The notes beneath the pieces were generated by a model. It was not told the DNA's origin and searched no databases. It was given only the letters and a program-made list of their open reading frames with translations. A stretch of 64,000 nucleotides of DNA from Deltaproteobacteria bacterium RIFCSPHIGHO2_02_FULL_44_16. GTDB taxonomy: Bacteria; UBA10199; 2-02-FULL-44-16. Made by a program: the position numbers and the translations under genes. This document shows, piece by piece, positions 9,058-20,200 of the stretch. The DNA lies in NCBI GenBank assembly GCA_001798185.1, contig MGRM01000006.1, forward strand, positions 28,976 through 92,975, given 5' to 3'. How positions within the stretch are numbered: position 1 is the first letter of the stretch; the number at the start of each line of letters is the position of its first letter.

Positions 9058-9958
9058 GCGGCGAAAGATCTGCTGTCATCTGAAATGTCGTCCCTTCTGA
9101 AAAAAGAACAGTAGAATTGAGCACAGAAGTAATGGATGGATTGTCTTGATGTTGAAGAAGAAGGAGTGATTTAAAACCGGAAAGGAAAAGTTTTAACGCC
9201 TCTACTTCTTCGAAGCTGCTACAAGGAACTTCGGCTTGCAATTGTTTTCCATCATTGGAAAAAAATCGTGCTTCATGCAGCGAAGCAAATTGATGAGGAA
9301 GAATTTTTTGGAGTCGCGGCACAAAAAGAATGCGACCAAAAAGAAACGCATTTCCTTTTTGTTGAAAAAGAGACTTCTTCGGGATATCAGAAAAAAGTTT
9401 TAAGATAACATCGTGCGATCCAATAGCCCAGTGGGCTCGATCCAGAAAAGCAAATGCGAGAGGCGCTTCAGATTCCTTTTCAAAATAAATTTCTGCTTTT
9501 CCGACGTCATGTTTTTCAAGAGTAATTCCTTCGGCAGTTGCTGCTTCTTCAATCATTTTTTTCAACTGATCCGGATCAAAAGCTCCTTGCATGACGACCG
9601 CTGCTTGCGGTTTATCCGCTTCATCATAATGCGCAATGACTGCAAGCATGCCAATATCCGTCGATTCCAAAAAAGGTTGAACAACACCGTTTGCAAAACT
9701 ATCTCGACGCATCACATCGCTCAGAAGCGCAGAAAGAAAGGTGTCTGCTCGAATGAGATTTAAATCTAAGACCGTAACCAGAGCAGTATGATCTGGAATC
9801 CAGCGATGTAAACGCTTCAGTTTTTTTTCAGTCGACTGATGAACCAGCTCAGAACCATCTTTGAGATAATCACGGGCATTACGAAACACGAGCAGCGTCG
9901 CACCAAGCAGAAAAATGGCGAGAAGAATTCGGACAAAAATCTTACGTTGGTTTTGCAT
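9023..9958 (-). CDS. membrane-anchored hypothetical protein
   Basis: N-terminal TM helix (ILLAIFLLGATLLVF). No other motif recognised. Confidence 0.35.
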   Translation of the reverse strand: MQNQRKIFVRILLAIFLLGATLLVFRNARDYLKDGSELVHQSTEKKLKRLHRWIPDHTALVTVLDLNLIRADTFLSALLSDVMRRDSFANGVVQPFLESTDIGMLAVIAHYDEADKPQAAVVMQGAFDPDQLKKMIEEAATAEGITLEKHDVGKAEIYFEKESEAPLAFAFLDRAHWAIGSHDVILKLFSDIPKKSLFQQKGNAFLFGRILFVPRLQKILPHQFASLHEARFFSNDGKQLQAEVPCSSFEEVEALKLFLSGFKSLLLLQHQDNPSITSVLNSTVLFSEGTTFQMTADLSPLIALWGHGLPK

Positions 9959-10691
9959 AAATCCATGCCTCCACAAAATGAGTCAGAACTTCTCGCGCTT
10001 TTTTGGCACTATACATGAGTTCGGGAAGTTTGAAGATCTGTTTTGGATCTGCAGCTAAAAACTTCAGAAATGGGAGTGGTTTTGGTCGGCCCGCACTGTC
10101 AAGCGTCCCCTCAACTGCAGGCAATTCACATTCAAGAGGATCAAAAACAGAACGGACAACACAGGCAGGAATGTCATATTGAAGCGTTAACTGGAGAAGA
10201 GAAAAACTTTCCATATCGACCGCAATGGCGCTCTCCGAAGTTCCAAGAAAAGCTTTTTCGTGTTGACGGCGAACCACGTGAGGACTGGTCACAATTTTTC
10301 CTTGTCGATAGCGAAAACGATGTTCTTCACAAAGCGACACAGCTTTTTTTACCTGCAACGCATCGAGAACGATCTCTTCTCCTTTTGGAAGAACACTGAT
10401 GGTGTCAGCAATCACCAAATCCCCAACATTCAGTTCTGGATCGGTTGCCCCGCAAAAGCCGATTCCAAGAAGAAATCCGGGATGATAACGTTCAAAAAAC
10501 ATCGGAAGCGCTTTTTCGACTCGATGAGATCCCACACCACTTCGCACTAAAACCACATCATGTTCACCCATCCGTCCTTCAATGAATTGGCACGACTCGT
10601 CATCGTGAGAAATTTCAATTTGCATCTTCTCCCGAAGCGATCGAATCTCCTCTTCAAGTGCGCCCACAATGGCAAAGGCAACTTTCTGCAT
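9942..10691 (-). CDS. purine nucleosidase family protein (MTA/SAH nucleosidase Pfs/MtnN-like or futalosine hydrolase-like)
   Basis: IVGALEEEI, SGVG, VGDLVIAD and VDMES blocks match the MTA/SAH nucleosidase family layout. Confidence 0.65.
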   Translation of the reverse strand: MQKVAFAIVGALEEEIRSLREKMQIEISHDDESCQFIEGRMGEHDVVLVRSGVGSHRVEKALPMFFERYHPGFLLGIGFCGATDPELNVGDLVIADTISVLPKGEEIVLDALQVKKAVSLCEEHRFRYRQGKIVTSPHVVRRQHEKAFLGTSESAIAVDMESFSLLQLTLQYDIPACVVRSVFDPLECELPAVEGTLDSAGRPKPLPFLKFLAADPKQIFKLPELMYSAKKAREVLTHFVEAWIYAKPT

Positions 10692-10771
10692 GCAGTCCTT
10701 GTAGAGGTCTCCGGCTGAAGAGTCAATGAGGCTTGCAAACTCTTATGGGCTATGAACGTATCTTCACTATT

Positions 10772-12061
10772 ATGCAGCACACAAAATCAAAACAAGCCTA
10801 TGAACATGCGAAGCGTTTTTTCCCAGGTGGCGTGAACTCTCCTGTTCGCGCTTTTGGATCTGTCGGTGGCACGCCCCCTTTTATTCTCAAAGCACAAGGT
10901 TCGCATCTTTGGGATATCGATGGAAATGAATATATCGATTACGTGGGATCGTGGGGTCCTGCGATTTTAGGACACGCGCATCCCAATGTCAGCGCCGTGC
11001 TCACGCATGCAGTGACAACAGGAACGAGTTTCGGTGCGCCAACGCTTCTGGAAACAGAACTTGCCGAACTGATCACACAAGCGCTCCCTTCGATGGAGAT
11101 GCTTCGTTTTGTCAACTCTGGAACCGAAGCGACGATGAGCGCCCTTCGACTTGCGCGCGGTGTCACAAAACGAAAGAAGATTTTGAAATTCGAAGGATGC
11201 TATCACGGTCACGCGGATAGTTTGCTCGTGAAAGCGGGCTCTGGAGCTGCAACTTATGGTGAGTCGACATCCGCTGGTGTGCCGGATATGCTCGCTCATG
11301 AAACGATTGTCTGCAGTTATAATGATCTCGAACGCGTCACAACCATCATGACGGAGATGGGAAATGAAATTGCCGCGATCATTGTTGAACCTGTGGTCGG
11401 AAATATGGGCTGCGTTCTTCCAGCATCGGGATTTCTAAAAGGGCTGCGCGATCTCACGACGAAACACGGCACGCTTCTTATCTTCGATGAAGTCATGACC
11501 GGTTTTCGTGTGGGGTTCACGGGAGCGCAAGGAAAATATGGGATCACTCCTGATCTGACGTGCCTTGGCAAAATTATCGGAGGCGGACTTCCTGTGGGTG
11601 CTTATGGGGGGAAGCGTCAATTCATGGAACAGATAGCCCCGCTAGGGGCTGTCTATCAAGCAGGGACACTTTCGGGAAATCCACTTGCCATGAGTGCTGG
11701 CATTGAAACGTTAAAACTTTTGTCGCATCCAGAAACCTATACAACACTTGAAGAGAAAACAGTGAAGCTGACTTCTGAAATCAGCCGTGTCCTGACACAA
11801 GCTGACATTGCACATCAGATCAGTCAGTGTGGATCGATGTGGACCCTCTTTTTTACAAAAAATCCTGTGATTGATTTTGATTCCGCATCAAAGGGAAACA
11901 ATGATCGCTTCAAACGTTTTTTTCATGCCATGCTTGATGAAGGCATTTATCTTCCTCCTTCACCTTATGAAGCAGCGTTTATGTCGCTTGCTCATACGCA
12001 AAGTGATATTGAGAAAACATTAGAAGCTGTACAAAAGTGGATTTCGCATGAATCAAAATAG
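10772..12061 (+). CDS. hemL: glutamate-1-semialdehyde 2,1-aminomutase
   Basis: FPGGVNSPVRAF N-terminal motif; class-III aminotransferase PLP lysine context (CLGKIIGGG). Confidence 0.9.
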   Translation: MQHTKSKQAYEHAKRFFPGGVNSPVRAFGSVGGTPPFILKAQGSHLWDIDGNEYIDYVGSWGPAILGHAHPNVSAVLTHAVTTGTSFGAPTLLETELAELITQALPSMEMLRFVNSGTEATMSALRLARGVTKRKKILKFEGCYHGHADSLLVKAGSGAATYGESTSAGVPDMLAHETIVCSYNDLERVTTIMTEMGNEIAAIIVEPVVGNMGCVLPASGFLKGLRDLTTKHGTLLIFDEVMTGFRVGFTGAQGKYGITPDLTCLGKIIGGGLPVGAYGGKRQFMEQIAPLGAVYQAGTLSGNPLAMSAGIETLKLLSHPETYTTLEEKTVKLTSEISRVLTQADIAHQISQCGSMWTLFFTKNPVIDFDSASKGNNDRFKRFFHAMLDEGIYLPPSPYEAAFMSLAHTQSDIEKTLEAVQKWISHESK

Positions 12062-12296
12062 AAATTCGACTTATGTCGCCTTTGGCATTTACGGAGCTGT
12101 CGGTTTTCAGCTTGCAGCTTCTGTGATTGTTGGACTTCTGGGTGGAGCATGGATCGATAAAAAAATCGGCTCCTCTCCATGGCTCGCCGTCCTCGGACTC
12201 ACTCTCGGTTTTGTCGGAGGGCTTTGGAATATGATCCGCATTCTTAATTGGCATAAGCAAAAGAAGGATTCAGATGACAGTTCTCAAACCTCTTGA
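12048..12296 (+). CDS. AtpZ/AtpI-family small membrane protein (putative ATP-synthase-associated)
   Basis: Two TM helices, positioned at the head of the Fo operon. Confidence 0.45.
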   Translation: MNQNRNSTYVAFGIYGAVGFQLAASVIVGLLGGAWIDKKIGSSPWLAVLGLTLGFVGGLWNMIRILNWHKQKKDSDDSSQTS

Positions 12297-12633
12297 ACAA
12301 AGATCCCTCCTCTTTGCCCTGATCGCTATCATTATATGTGCTCTCAGCGGTGGAACGCCTTCGGCGCTTTCAGCTTTAGCTGGCAGTAGTCTCATGTTGA
12401 TGAGCCTCCTTTTCTGGCGCTATGCGATTACGCAGTTTTTATCTGGCCAAAACTCCTCAAAAATCCTCGTTTTTTTCCTTTCTCTCTTAAAAATGGCCGG
12501 AATGACATGGGCTATCTGGTATCTCATCATAAAAATCTCGATTGAACCCCTTGCTTTTTTAATTGGCTTATCCTCTATAGTGGCCTCCCTTTTCTTCAGC
12601 ATGTTCCAATCACAAGGAACAAAGGAGTCGTAA
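12274..12633 (+). CDS. ATP synthase protein I-like membrane protein
   Basis: 119-aa multi-TM ORF immediately before atpB. Confidence 0.4.
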   Translation: MTVLKPLEQRSLLFALIAIIICALSGGTPSALSALAGSSLMLMSLLFWRYAITQFLSGQNSSKILVFFLSLLKMAGMTWAIWYLIIKISIEPLAFLIGLSSIVASLFFSMFQSQGTKES

Positions 12634-12636
12634 ACC

Positions 12637-13350
12637 GTGTTTAATTTGTTTCTTTGGCTCGGCACCCATCTCGGAATTTCTCACACCTGGATGGAACATC
12701 ATCTCCATCAAGTGACGGCTACATTTGTCACGAGCGTCATCGCTCTTTTGAGTTTCATTGCCTGGCAACGTCTGCGGCATCCTGAAAAGTGTCTCGTTCC
12801 TCAAAAGAAACTGACTCTTTCAGGACTTTTTGAGTTTATGGTTGCATCACTCCTGAAACTGATGCGCGATGTGATGGGAGAGCGAGCTGATCGCTATTTC
12901 CCACTGATCGGATCTCTCTTTATCTATCTCCTTTTCTCAAATCTTTTGGGACTTATTCCGGGATTTTTGCCACCAACGGAAAATGTAAATACCAATCTCG
13001 CATGTGCCTTGGTAGTTTTTGTTTATTACAATGTGGTTGGCATTAAAGAGCAGGGAATTAAAAATTACATTAAGCATATGGCTGGCCCGATCATCTGGTT
13101 AGCGCCTTTGATGCTGGCGATTGAAATTATTAGCCATCTCGTACGACCGGCGTCACTTTCAATTCGTCTGTTTGGAAATATTACTGGAGATCATCTCGTT
13201 TTAGAAATCTTTAGTAATCTCGTGCCGCTGGTTGTCCCCATCATTTTTATGCTGCTTGGAATTTTTGTCTCGTTTATTCAGGCCTTTGTCTTTACGCTTT
13301 TGTCGATGGTCTATATTGCACTGGCAACTGAGCATGAGGCACATCATTAA
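12637..13350 (+). CDS. atpB: F0F1 ATP synthase subunit a
   Basis: SIRLFGNITGDHL carries the conserved Arg of subunit a. 5-6 TM helices. Confidence 0.9.
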   Translation: MFNLFLWLGTHLGISHTWMEHHLHQVTATFVTSVIALLSFIAWQRLRHPEKCLVPQKKLTLSGLFEFMVASLLKLMRDVMGERADRYFPLIGSLFIYLLFSNLLGLIPGFLPPTENVNTNLACALVVFVYYNVVGIKEQGIKNYIKHMAGPIIWLAPLMLAIEIISHLVRPASLSIRLFGNITGDHLVLEIFSNLVPLVVPIIFMLLGIFVSFIQAFVFTLLSMVYIALATEHEAHH

Positions 13351-13361
13351 TAAGAGGATTA

Positions 13362-13507
13362 CCAAAACTGATTCACATTTTCTCTCGGGGTACAGACGCT
13401 GCGGTTACGCTCCTCGCGTCTTCTGTTTCCATCGGCGCGATCTTTTAAATTTGCATCGACGCGCCTCAGTCAAAGGCCCCCTGCGAAAAAATCTTCACCA
13501 GTTTTGG
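13362..13507 (+). repeat. intergenic repeat element, family 1, copy A (~146 nt; closing stem CCAAAACTG...CAGTTTTGG)
   Basis: About 90% identical to 35378-35496. Internal ACAGA(C/A)GC...GTCTTCTGT hairpin. Copy A has an internal insertion of about 27 nt. Confidence 0.6.
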
Positions 13508-13547
13508 TAAAGATAACAATTAAAACTTACTTACAAGGAGGAGAAGG

Positions 13548-13874
13548 ATGAAACGAATGTTCACGTGGTTAGGGGGAGTTGTGGTATCGATGTTTGCATC
13601 AAGTGCAGCTTTTGCTGAAGAAGCAGCAGCTCAAGCAAGCAGCGGAAACATGGGATCAGCATTGGCAATTGCTGCTGGATTTGGCATCGGCATTGCTGCT
13701 TTCGGTGGCGCGCTGGGACAAGGCAAAGCAGCAGCAAGCGCCCTTGAAGGCATTGCTCGTAATCCAGATGCTGCTGGAAAAATCCAGACACCGATGATTA
13801 TCGCATTGGCACTGATCGAATCACTCGTCATCTACGCTCTCGTCATTGCATTCTTATTGATGAACAAAATTTAG
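13548..13874 (+). CDS. atpE: F0F1 ATP synthase subunit c with an N-terminal presequence-like extension
   Basis: [16 protein letters not shown]...ARNPDA...IESLVIYAL is the c-subunit hairpin. Strong AAGGAGG Shine-Dalgarno before the 13548 ATG; the core c subunit would begin at about 13652. Confidence 0.85.
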   Translation: MKRMFTWLGGVVVSMFASSAAFAEEAAAQASSGNMGSALAIAAGFGIGIAAFGGALGQGKAAASALEGIARNPDAAGKIQTPMIIALALIESLVIYALVIAFLLMNKI

Positions 13875-13880
13875 TTCAGT

Positions 13881-13954
13881 GCGCTCGTAGCTCAGTGGAT
13901 GAGAGCATCTGACTACGGATCAGAAGGTCGCAGGTTCGAATCCTGCCGAGCGCG
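13881..13954 (+). tRNA. tRNA-Arg (anticodon ACG)
   Basis: Cloverleaf: acceptor GCGCTCG/CGAGCGC, anticodon loop CTACGGA, T-arm GCAGG-TTCGAAT-CCTGC. CCA is not encoded. Confidence 0.85.
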
Positions 13955-14068
13955 CAGAAAATTTGGCGCAGACAAATTTTCCCCGACGAACGAAGAACGT
14001 CAACGAATAACGGCGCCAAATTTCGTTTTTCGCTCACGTAATTCGTTCTTCAAGAAGAGAAAGTTCCT

Positions 14069-14527
14069 TTGTTATACAAAGCAACACTCATTGAGTTTAC
14101 TCAGGCCTTCAAGGGCAGAAGAACATGGCTGCACGCAGATGTGGATGAGTCGGTTTCCCACTATCCCGGTGATCATGATTCAGATGCCATACACGTGGGA
14201 GTTTTTTTCAAACAAACCCTGTTCGTAGGAATCGGCTCATTATTGCCGGATTCCAATCATAAGCTCGTACGTCCAGGTGCTTGGCGTGTGCGTGGCATGG
14301 CGATAGCGCCGGAACATAGGGGGCACGGAGCTGGCGCTGTTTTGATGCAGCATCTGCTTGCCATAGCGAAGCAGAAAGGTAGGAGCGGATTGTGGCTAAC
14401 CGGTCGCGAAGATTCCACCGGGTTTTACAAAAAATTTGGTTTTGAGACACAAGGCAAACCGGTTTCGCATGTTGTTGGCAAACTTTTTTTTATGCAAATG
14501 TCTTTATCGACAAAAACGTCCGAATGA
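14069..14527 (+). CDS. GNAT family N-acetyltransferase
   Basis: VRGMAIAPEHRGHGAGAVLMQHLLAIAKQKG is acetyl-CoA binding motif A. Confidence 0.75.
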   Translation: MLYKATLIEFTQAFKGRRTWLHADVDESVSHYPGDHDSDAIHVGVFFKQTLFVGIGSLLPDSNHKLVRPGAWRVRGMAIAPEHRGHGAGAVLMQHLLAIAKQKGRSGLWLTGREDSTGFYKKFGFETQGKPVSHVVGKLFFMQMSLSTKTSE

Positions 14528-14722
14528 TCATAAAAAATCAGGCCGCCAGCTTGGCCATTTCAGCACACACCGCTCTAAAATCGTCGCCGAGCACGCAATC
14601 TTTATATCGAAATCCCAAAGCTCACCTTAAATTTCTCTTGCGACTTCCAATAAAATATGAGTAAATTTCGCTCTATCACAAAAAACTCATGTGTTTTTTA
14701 CGATAAGGATTAAAAAATACAT

Positions 14723-15859
14723 ATGGAAAGATATATTAAACAAGGTGTTTTCAAGGATTTAAACAGAAAAATGGTTTTTGTCGGTGGTCCACGGCAAGTG
14801 GGAAAAACAACCTTTGCAAAGAACCTCTTAGAAACCTGGCCAGATCAACTCTCTTCAACCGTGCAACGTTATTATAGTTGGGATGATGATCGTGATCGCG
14901 AATTTTTGCTCGCTAAACAGCTCCCTTTTTCTCCTGGTCCAGTCATCCTCGATGAACTGCACAAATATCAAAGATGGCGTTGGCTTCTCAAAGCACTGTA
15001 TGACAAGCGGGGAAATGAGTTGCAGATTTTAGTGACGGGGAGTGCAAAGCTTGATTATTACCGACGAGGGGGCGATTCTCTTCAGGGACGATATCATTAT
15101 TACCGCCTCCATCCCCTTTCGCTCAAAGAACTCTCTTCGCAAACAACATCATCGCTTCGCGATCTGTTGATGTATGGCGGATTTCCCGAACCTTTCTTTT
15201 CAGCTTCAGAAACAGAAACGAGACGTTGGAGCCGAGAATACCGGTCTCGTGTCCTGCGCGAAGAGCTTCGAGACCTTGAAAAAGTGAATGATATTTCGCT
15301 GATCGAACGGATGGCGATACGCTTGCCGACGCTTGTTGGAAATCCTCTTTCACTCAATGCTCTGAGAGAGGATTTGCAAGTGTCGCATCAAACCGTCGTA
15401 CGCTGGATGAATATGCTCGAACGACTCTACAGTATTTTTCGCATTTATCCCTTCGGAGCTCCCCATATTCGCGCCGTAAAAAAAGAAGCAAAACACTACC
15501 ACTTTGATTGGGCACAAATTCCGGAAACAGGATTTCGTTTTGAAAATATGATCGCCTGTCACCTTTTGAAATGGTGCCATTTTTTTGAAGATACCGAAGG
15601 ATGGGACATGGATCTTCGATATTTTCGAGATACGGATAAACGAGAAGTCGATTTTGTAGTGCTCAAAGAACGAACACCGATCCTTTTTGTGGAGTGTAAA
15701 ATATCTTTTCAGGAAGCAAGCGGTCATTTGAAGTATCTCTCCAGAAAGTTTCCCGGTGTCGAGGCTGTGCAGATTCACTTCGACGGGGACGAAGATATCA
15801 AAACGGATGAGGGTATTCGACTTTGTCCAGCAGCAACATTTTTGAAGCGCTTTGTTTGA
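14723..15859 (+). CDS. ATPase, AAA+ superfamily (AAA_14/DUF4143-type)
   Basis: Walker A GGPRQVGKTT and Walker B ILDELH. Paralogue of 37072-38238. Confidence 0.75.
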   Translation: MERYIKQGVFKDLNRKMVFVGGPRQVGKTTFAKNLLETWPDQLSSTVQRYYSWDDDRDREFLLAKQLPFSPGPVILDELHKYQRWRWLLKALYDKRGNELQILVTGSAKLDYYRRGGDSLQGRYHYYRLHPLSLKELSSQTTSSLRDLLMYGGFPEPFFSASETETRRWSREYRSRVLREELRDLEKVNDISLIERMAIRLPTLVGNPLSLNALREDLQVSHQTVVRWMNMLERLYSIFRIYPFGAPHIRAVKKEAKHYHFDWAQIPETGFRFENMIACHLLKWCHFFEDTEGWDMDLRYFRDTDKREVDFVVLKERTPILFVECKISFQEASGHLKYLSRKFPGVEAVQIHFDGDEDIKTDEGIRLCPAATFLKRFV

Positions 15860-15878
15860 TCCTGCTTGAAGCAAATAT

Positions 15879-15900
15879 GGCGTGGCAATCCTGCCGTGCG
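15879..15900 (+). repeat. degenerate copy of the tRNA-Arg 3' end (putative att remnant)
   Basis: AATCCTGCCGTGCGCGCAAAGAAATTT versus the tRNA 3' end AATCCTGCCGAGCGCGCAGAAAATTT. Confidence 0.5.
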
Positions 15901-15926
15901 CGCAAAGAAATTTTAAGTATTAAAAC

Positions 15927-16640
15927 TCATCTGTCTTGTTGCGTTTTTTTCAAACACCTTTTTCGCCAACCATCCCCGTGAGAAAAACCAAAAACTTCTG
16001 CTCCAAGACAGAGGTCGCGTTGCATGCGGGTGTCATAGGTGTCGGAAGAATCAAGAAACAATCGAATTTCGTCTGCAGTGACTTTTCCGTCATTCTTGCC
16101 TTTTTGCGCTTCAGCATTTGCGTCGTTTGGTCGCTTTGCCTTGTCAATTCTTGTGAGGTAATCAACTTTTATAGGGAGTTTGGAACGATATGATACGAGG
16201 CCGTTAAGGGCAGCAATGATGTCGTCTCTTATATCAAATTTGTTTTGGGCAGTGATACCTCTGGAAAGCCTGTCCACTTCACGAACTTTACCGATCATGT
16301 GGAGAACGATTTTTAGAGGAGGAGAAAATTCATCGTTGAATTGAAATGCTTCATCGAGCGAAAGCTTTCGATCTCCATCTCCAAAGAATGATTCATACGT
16401 ACGAAGCGCTGAAAAAGTTCCCGCTGGTGCGGAGGGAAATTTTTGTTGAAATGTTTCAGCATTTTTCAGGCTTATCCCCTCAACGCCTGTGTACTGCGTA
16501 AGGTCACTTCTAGAAAGATAGCCATCTGATTGGCCGGGACGTCTTTTCCCATTTACTCCATCAGGTGCTTTATCAAGCACATCAAGCATCGATGCAAACT
16601 GTCGGATAACGATATCAACCATTGGGTTTCCTCCATGCAT
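15927..16640 (-). CDS. hypothetical protein
   Basis: 237-aa ORF. No recombinase or other motif found. Confidence 0.3.
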   Translation of the reverse strand: MHGGNPMVDIVIRQFASMLDVLDKAPDGVNGKRRPGQSDGYLSRSDLTQYTGVEGISLKNAETFQQKFPSAPAGTFSALRTYESFFGDGDRKLSLDEAFQFNDEFSPPLKIVLHMIGKVREVDRLSRGITAQNKFDIRDDIIAALNGLVSYRSKLPIKVDYLTRIDKAKRPNDANAEAQKGKNDGKVTADEIRLFLDSSDTYDTRMQRDLCLGAEVFGFSHGDGWRKRCLKKTQQDR

Positions 16641-16821
16641 TCTCGAATCATAATCGACCCTCTCTTAAAATAGTTGCTCCTTTTATCTTCTCGAGAAGAC
16701 TGATTTCAAAAAGATTCCAACAAGTTAGATGAAAAAAAGATTTTTAAAATGATTCTTGAAGAGAGAACGAATCTGCATCATATTCTGCGCAACTTCTTGG
16801 ACGCAATCACGATAAACGGAT

Positions 16822-17283
16822 ATGGCTGATAAAGTTCAAAATACAGTCATCATCGCAACAACCCTTCCTCCTCGTCAGGAACCAATATCAATCGAGGTTC
16901 CCAATGCCTTTACAGGAGAGCTCCAACAACAACCAACTCCTGAACAATGTCTTCAAATTTGTCAAAATGCTCTGGCGCAAATAAAAAAATTACGACTTCC
17001 AAATACTCCACCAGGGAAACTTCTCTCGCTTCCAGCTTTTGAAGCTTTGAGTTTTCCCGAGATACCAGTCGTACTAACGCCAGAGGATTTTTATGAATGC
17101 TTGCGCGGTCACCCCCAATTTACTCAGATCAATACATCTACTCAGGCCAATGTAGCAGATACTTCAGCACAGATTTGCTTTGGAATCAGTAAGGTACCCG
17201 AACCTCGGGAACCTGATCTCTTCCCTTTGAAAGATTTGCCCATAAGAGAAGTGCATCCGGAAAGAAAAAAAGAGGGAAAATGA
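16822..17283 (+). CDS. hypothetical Pro/Gln-rich protein, overlaps the subtilase start by 4 nt
   Basis: ATGA overlap with 17280. Confidence 0.3.
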   Translation: MADKVQNTVIIATTLPPRQEPISIEVPNAFTGELQQQPTPEQCLQICQNALAQIKKLRLPNTPPGKLLSLPAFEALSFPEIPVVLTPEDFYECLRGHPQFTQINTSTQANVADTSAQICFGISKVPEPREPDLFPLKDLPIREVHPERKKEGK

Positions 17284-20200
17284 TTTCACACTTGTTTCAA
17301 AAACTGAGTCTTTATTTTTTCCTCCTCTTCTCCATCTCATGCGGATCAGGATTGATGTTTGACGAGGAACAAAATCCTGAAGTAGTTGAAGATATCTCTT
17401 CTGCAGCTGACGAACCTGTCTCCATGACGGCAAAAGACATGATTCCCTCAACGGAGGCAGATTTCTCCCTCAACACGGTCATCGGCATTGAAACCTCCAA
17501 TCGTTTTTTGGCGGTTGCCCTCAAGCTTGAGGCAACGGATCAAGATTTTAGAGAAATCCAGACAAGCGTCCCTGAGTGTCGTGTGGGAGGCATGGTTCCT
17601 CTGGCAAAAATATTTCAGCTCGATTGCCAGTCGATCGTAGGCAACTTTGAGCAACTGAAAACAATACGCGATCGACTTGCGTCTCATCCAAAAATTTTAG
17701 CTGCAGCATTTGATTCAAGGGTTCATGGGAACTCTCTTCCTCCACATCCTCCAACGGTCTACCGAAACTGGAAAGATCCAAGTGGCCCAACATGGGGGCT
17801 TCGGGCCATCGGTGCTCCGCAAGCTTGGAGTCTCAATAATCAACTCAAAAAATTGAACCGCCCTCTGACGGAAGTCATGGTCATCGATATCGGCTTTTAT
17901 CCTCATCCCGATCTTCTTCATCTTACTTCCATCGGAACTTCTGTTACGGAAACGTGTCCCCATCCTGCCGGCGCATCAGGTCTCGATAGGTGCGAGCATG
18001 GAACACTTGTCAGTGGGATCATTGGAGCGAATTGGGAGAACAAAAAAGATGTGGTGGGAGTCAGTCCTTTTGTCAACGTGCAGGCAGCGGACATAAGTTT
18101 GTTTGATGATCCAAATGCTTCAATAGGAGATTTTAGTGCTCCAAGCTTTCTTGACGTGGCCTCTGCAATTTCTGTTATTCATATCCTTCCATCCCGCCCT
18201 CGGATTGTAAATATGTCCATCAGCGATTTTCCCGATTGGAATACTTCCTGTTTTACCGTTCCAGGTTCTTCTCGCAAAGCTCGCTGTGACCCGCGCTTCA
18301 TCAATCGCGTTCAGGATGGTGATGCCTGTGATCCGCATCTGGTGGAACAGGAGATACAAAGTAAGGCAAACATATTTGCACAAGTTATTGATCAATTGAA
18401 CTTTAACTCTCCCAAAACTTTTTTTGTGGTTTCAGCTGGAAACGAATCGGGAATCGACTTTGCGCCAACCGAAATTTACTGTTCCGCTCAATGCGTCTCG
18501 GGAGGATCATGCCTCAAAAAAGGACTTGGCAATTTTCCTGCGGATTTGAATTCCTCCTTTACGAATGCCTTAATTCATCTTCCTGCAGGACAACATGGAA
18601 TCGTGGTGGAGGCGCTTCAACCACTACGAAATCGATCTGCCTACAGTAATGTTGATAGCGGCGGTGTCTTTGCTCCAGCTGATGAAATCGCAAGCCTTGG
18701 GAAGAGTGGCAATACTTTCACTACTGTCATTCGTCCCTATGGCGGAACGTCGAGCGCCGCTCCTCACGTCAGTGGAGCAGCTGCCTTTTTGCTCGCAATT
18801 GAACCTGAGTTAAAGAATCAGGATATCAAGATTCTTTTAAAACAAAATATTGGAGGATTTTCCTGCGCCACAGCTCTTTCTCAAGCTGGAACATCGACCG
18901 CCACCATGGTCAATCTCTTCAAAGCTTCGCACTGCATTGATCTTCTTCTTCGTTTTCAAAATCCTACCGGCCGTCTCAGTGTTGGAGAGATGTATGCAGA
19001 TGTCAGCGATGGAAGTGCTGATGGAAATGAAATCATTCCTCTTGATGACAACAGCTCTCCCATTTCCAACCGTTATCATGTTCCGACCTGGGGTGATGAT
19101 GTCATTTCCATTCGCGACTTTCGTGTCTTGCGTGATCATCTTCTGCTTCATGAAGATGTTTCTTATCAATCTTCTGCGCAGGTTGTTGCCGCTCTTGCCG
19201 CCCAGAGCGATCGCCTTGATCTGAATGAAGATCTTGAAATCATCGATCTCACTTTTAATCCCGATGGAGAAAACTACTCACGCGCTGATTTTAATGGAGA
19301 CGGGAAAATCAGCAGTTCAGCAACAACCTCTTTTGCGGGAAATCAACTCACTGATCTCGATGTTTTTCTTTTAAGTTACCGAAAAAATAGGGGCTATCAA
19401 AACGATCTTCCGTCATGGCCACCTGATGCTCTTGCGGGACTTTTGAAATCAGCAGATATCTGGATACGTCCGGATAGAGGTGTTGGAGATCTTGAAATCG
19501 AAATACAAGGAGATAGGGGAGTGATAGAGCCTGCTGATGTAAGTCCGCTCCGAGGAATTCGCATTCCATCGGGAACAACTGAGGCTGTTCTCACCACTCC
19601 AAGGCTTCTGAATCCAAAACTGCTTGTCACACAAGATTGTGATGATGTCCCGCGTCAAACAACGTATGAAATAGCACTGAATGATCTTGCACCTGGAGAA
19701 GACAGAGTCGTTCCGATTCCCACAAAAAACTGCAGCCGCTGGACGAGAAGGCGTGATGCCCCGAGCGGTAATCCGCGGTCTGTGGCCGTCGATTACAACG
19801 GCGGTGCTCAGACCATCAACATGGAAGAGCATCAATTCTTCCCCCCTTCCGGTTCATTTCCTGCCTTTGATGTTCTTTGGGACACCGACATCGATTGCGC
19901 TGCCAATACCTATACGAAAGTTGAATATGTCAATGGTCGGCCGAATAATCGACACTTTTTTTCGAACTACAGTCCCGGATGTCCCGTGCCTGATCTCCCC
20001 GGACTTCAGAGGGCCAATACCTTTAACGTTCACATAAGCTGCGACGGAGGATTTCAGAATAATCTCACTTTCACTCAGGATGACGGACAAAGCTATTCGT
20101 ATACTTTGCCCAATGGGGTAAGCGAAACCTATCAGTGCATCGGGTGCCAACAACCCGACCTCTCACAAGCCTGTCACTGCGATCCCTCGCTTGCTGTGGG

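Noticed and set aside
13899-14228. ORF-track entry overlapping tRNA-Arg (109 aa)
   Set aside because: Begins inside the tRNA and spans the att-like region. Best explained as a spurious ORF.
15927-16640. Checked whether the 237-aa ORF next to the first att-like repeat is an integrase
   Set aside because: No tyrosine- or serine-recombinase motifs (R...HxxR...Y or S-R active site) are recognisable. No integrase was found anywhere in 13.9-24.7 kb.
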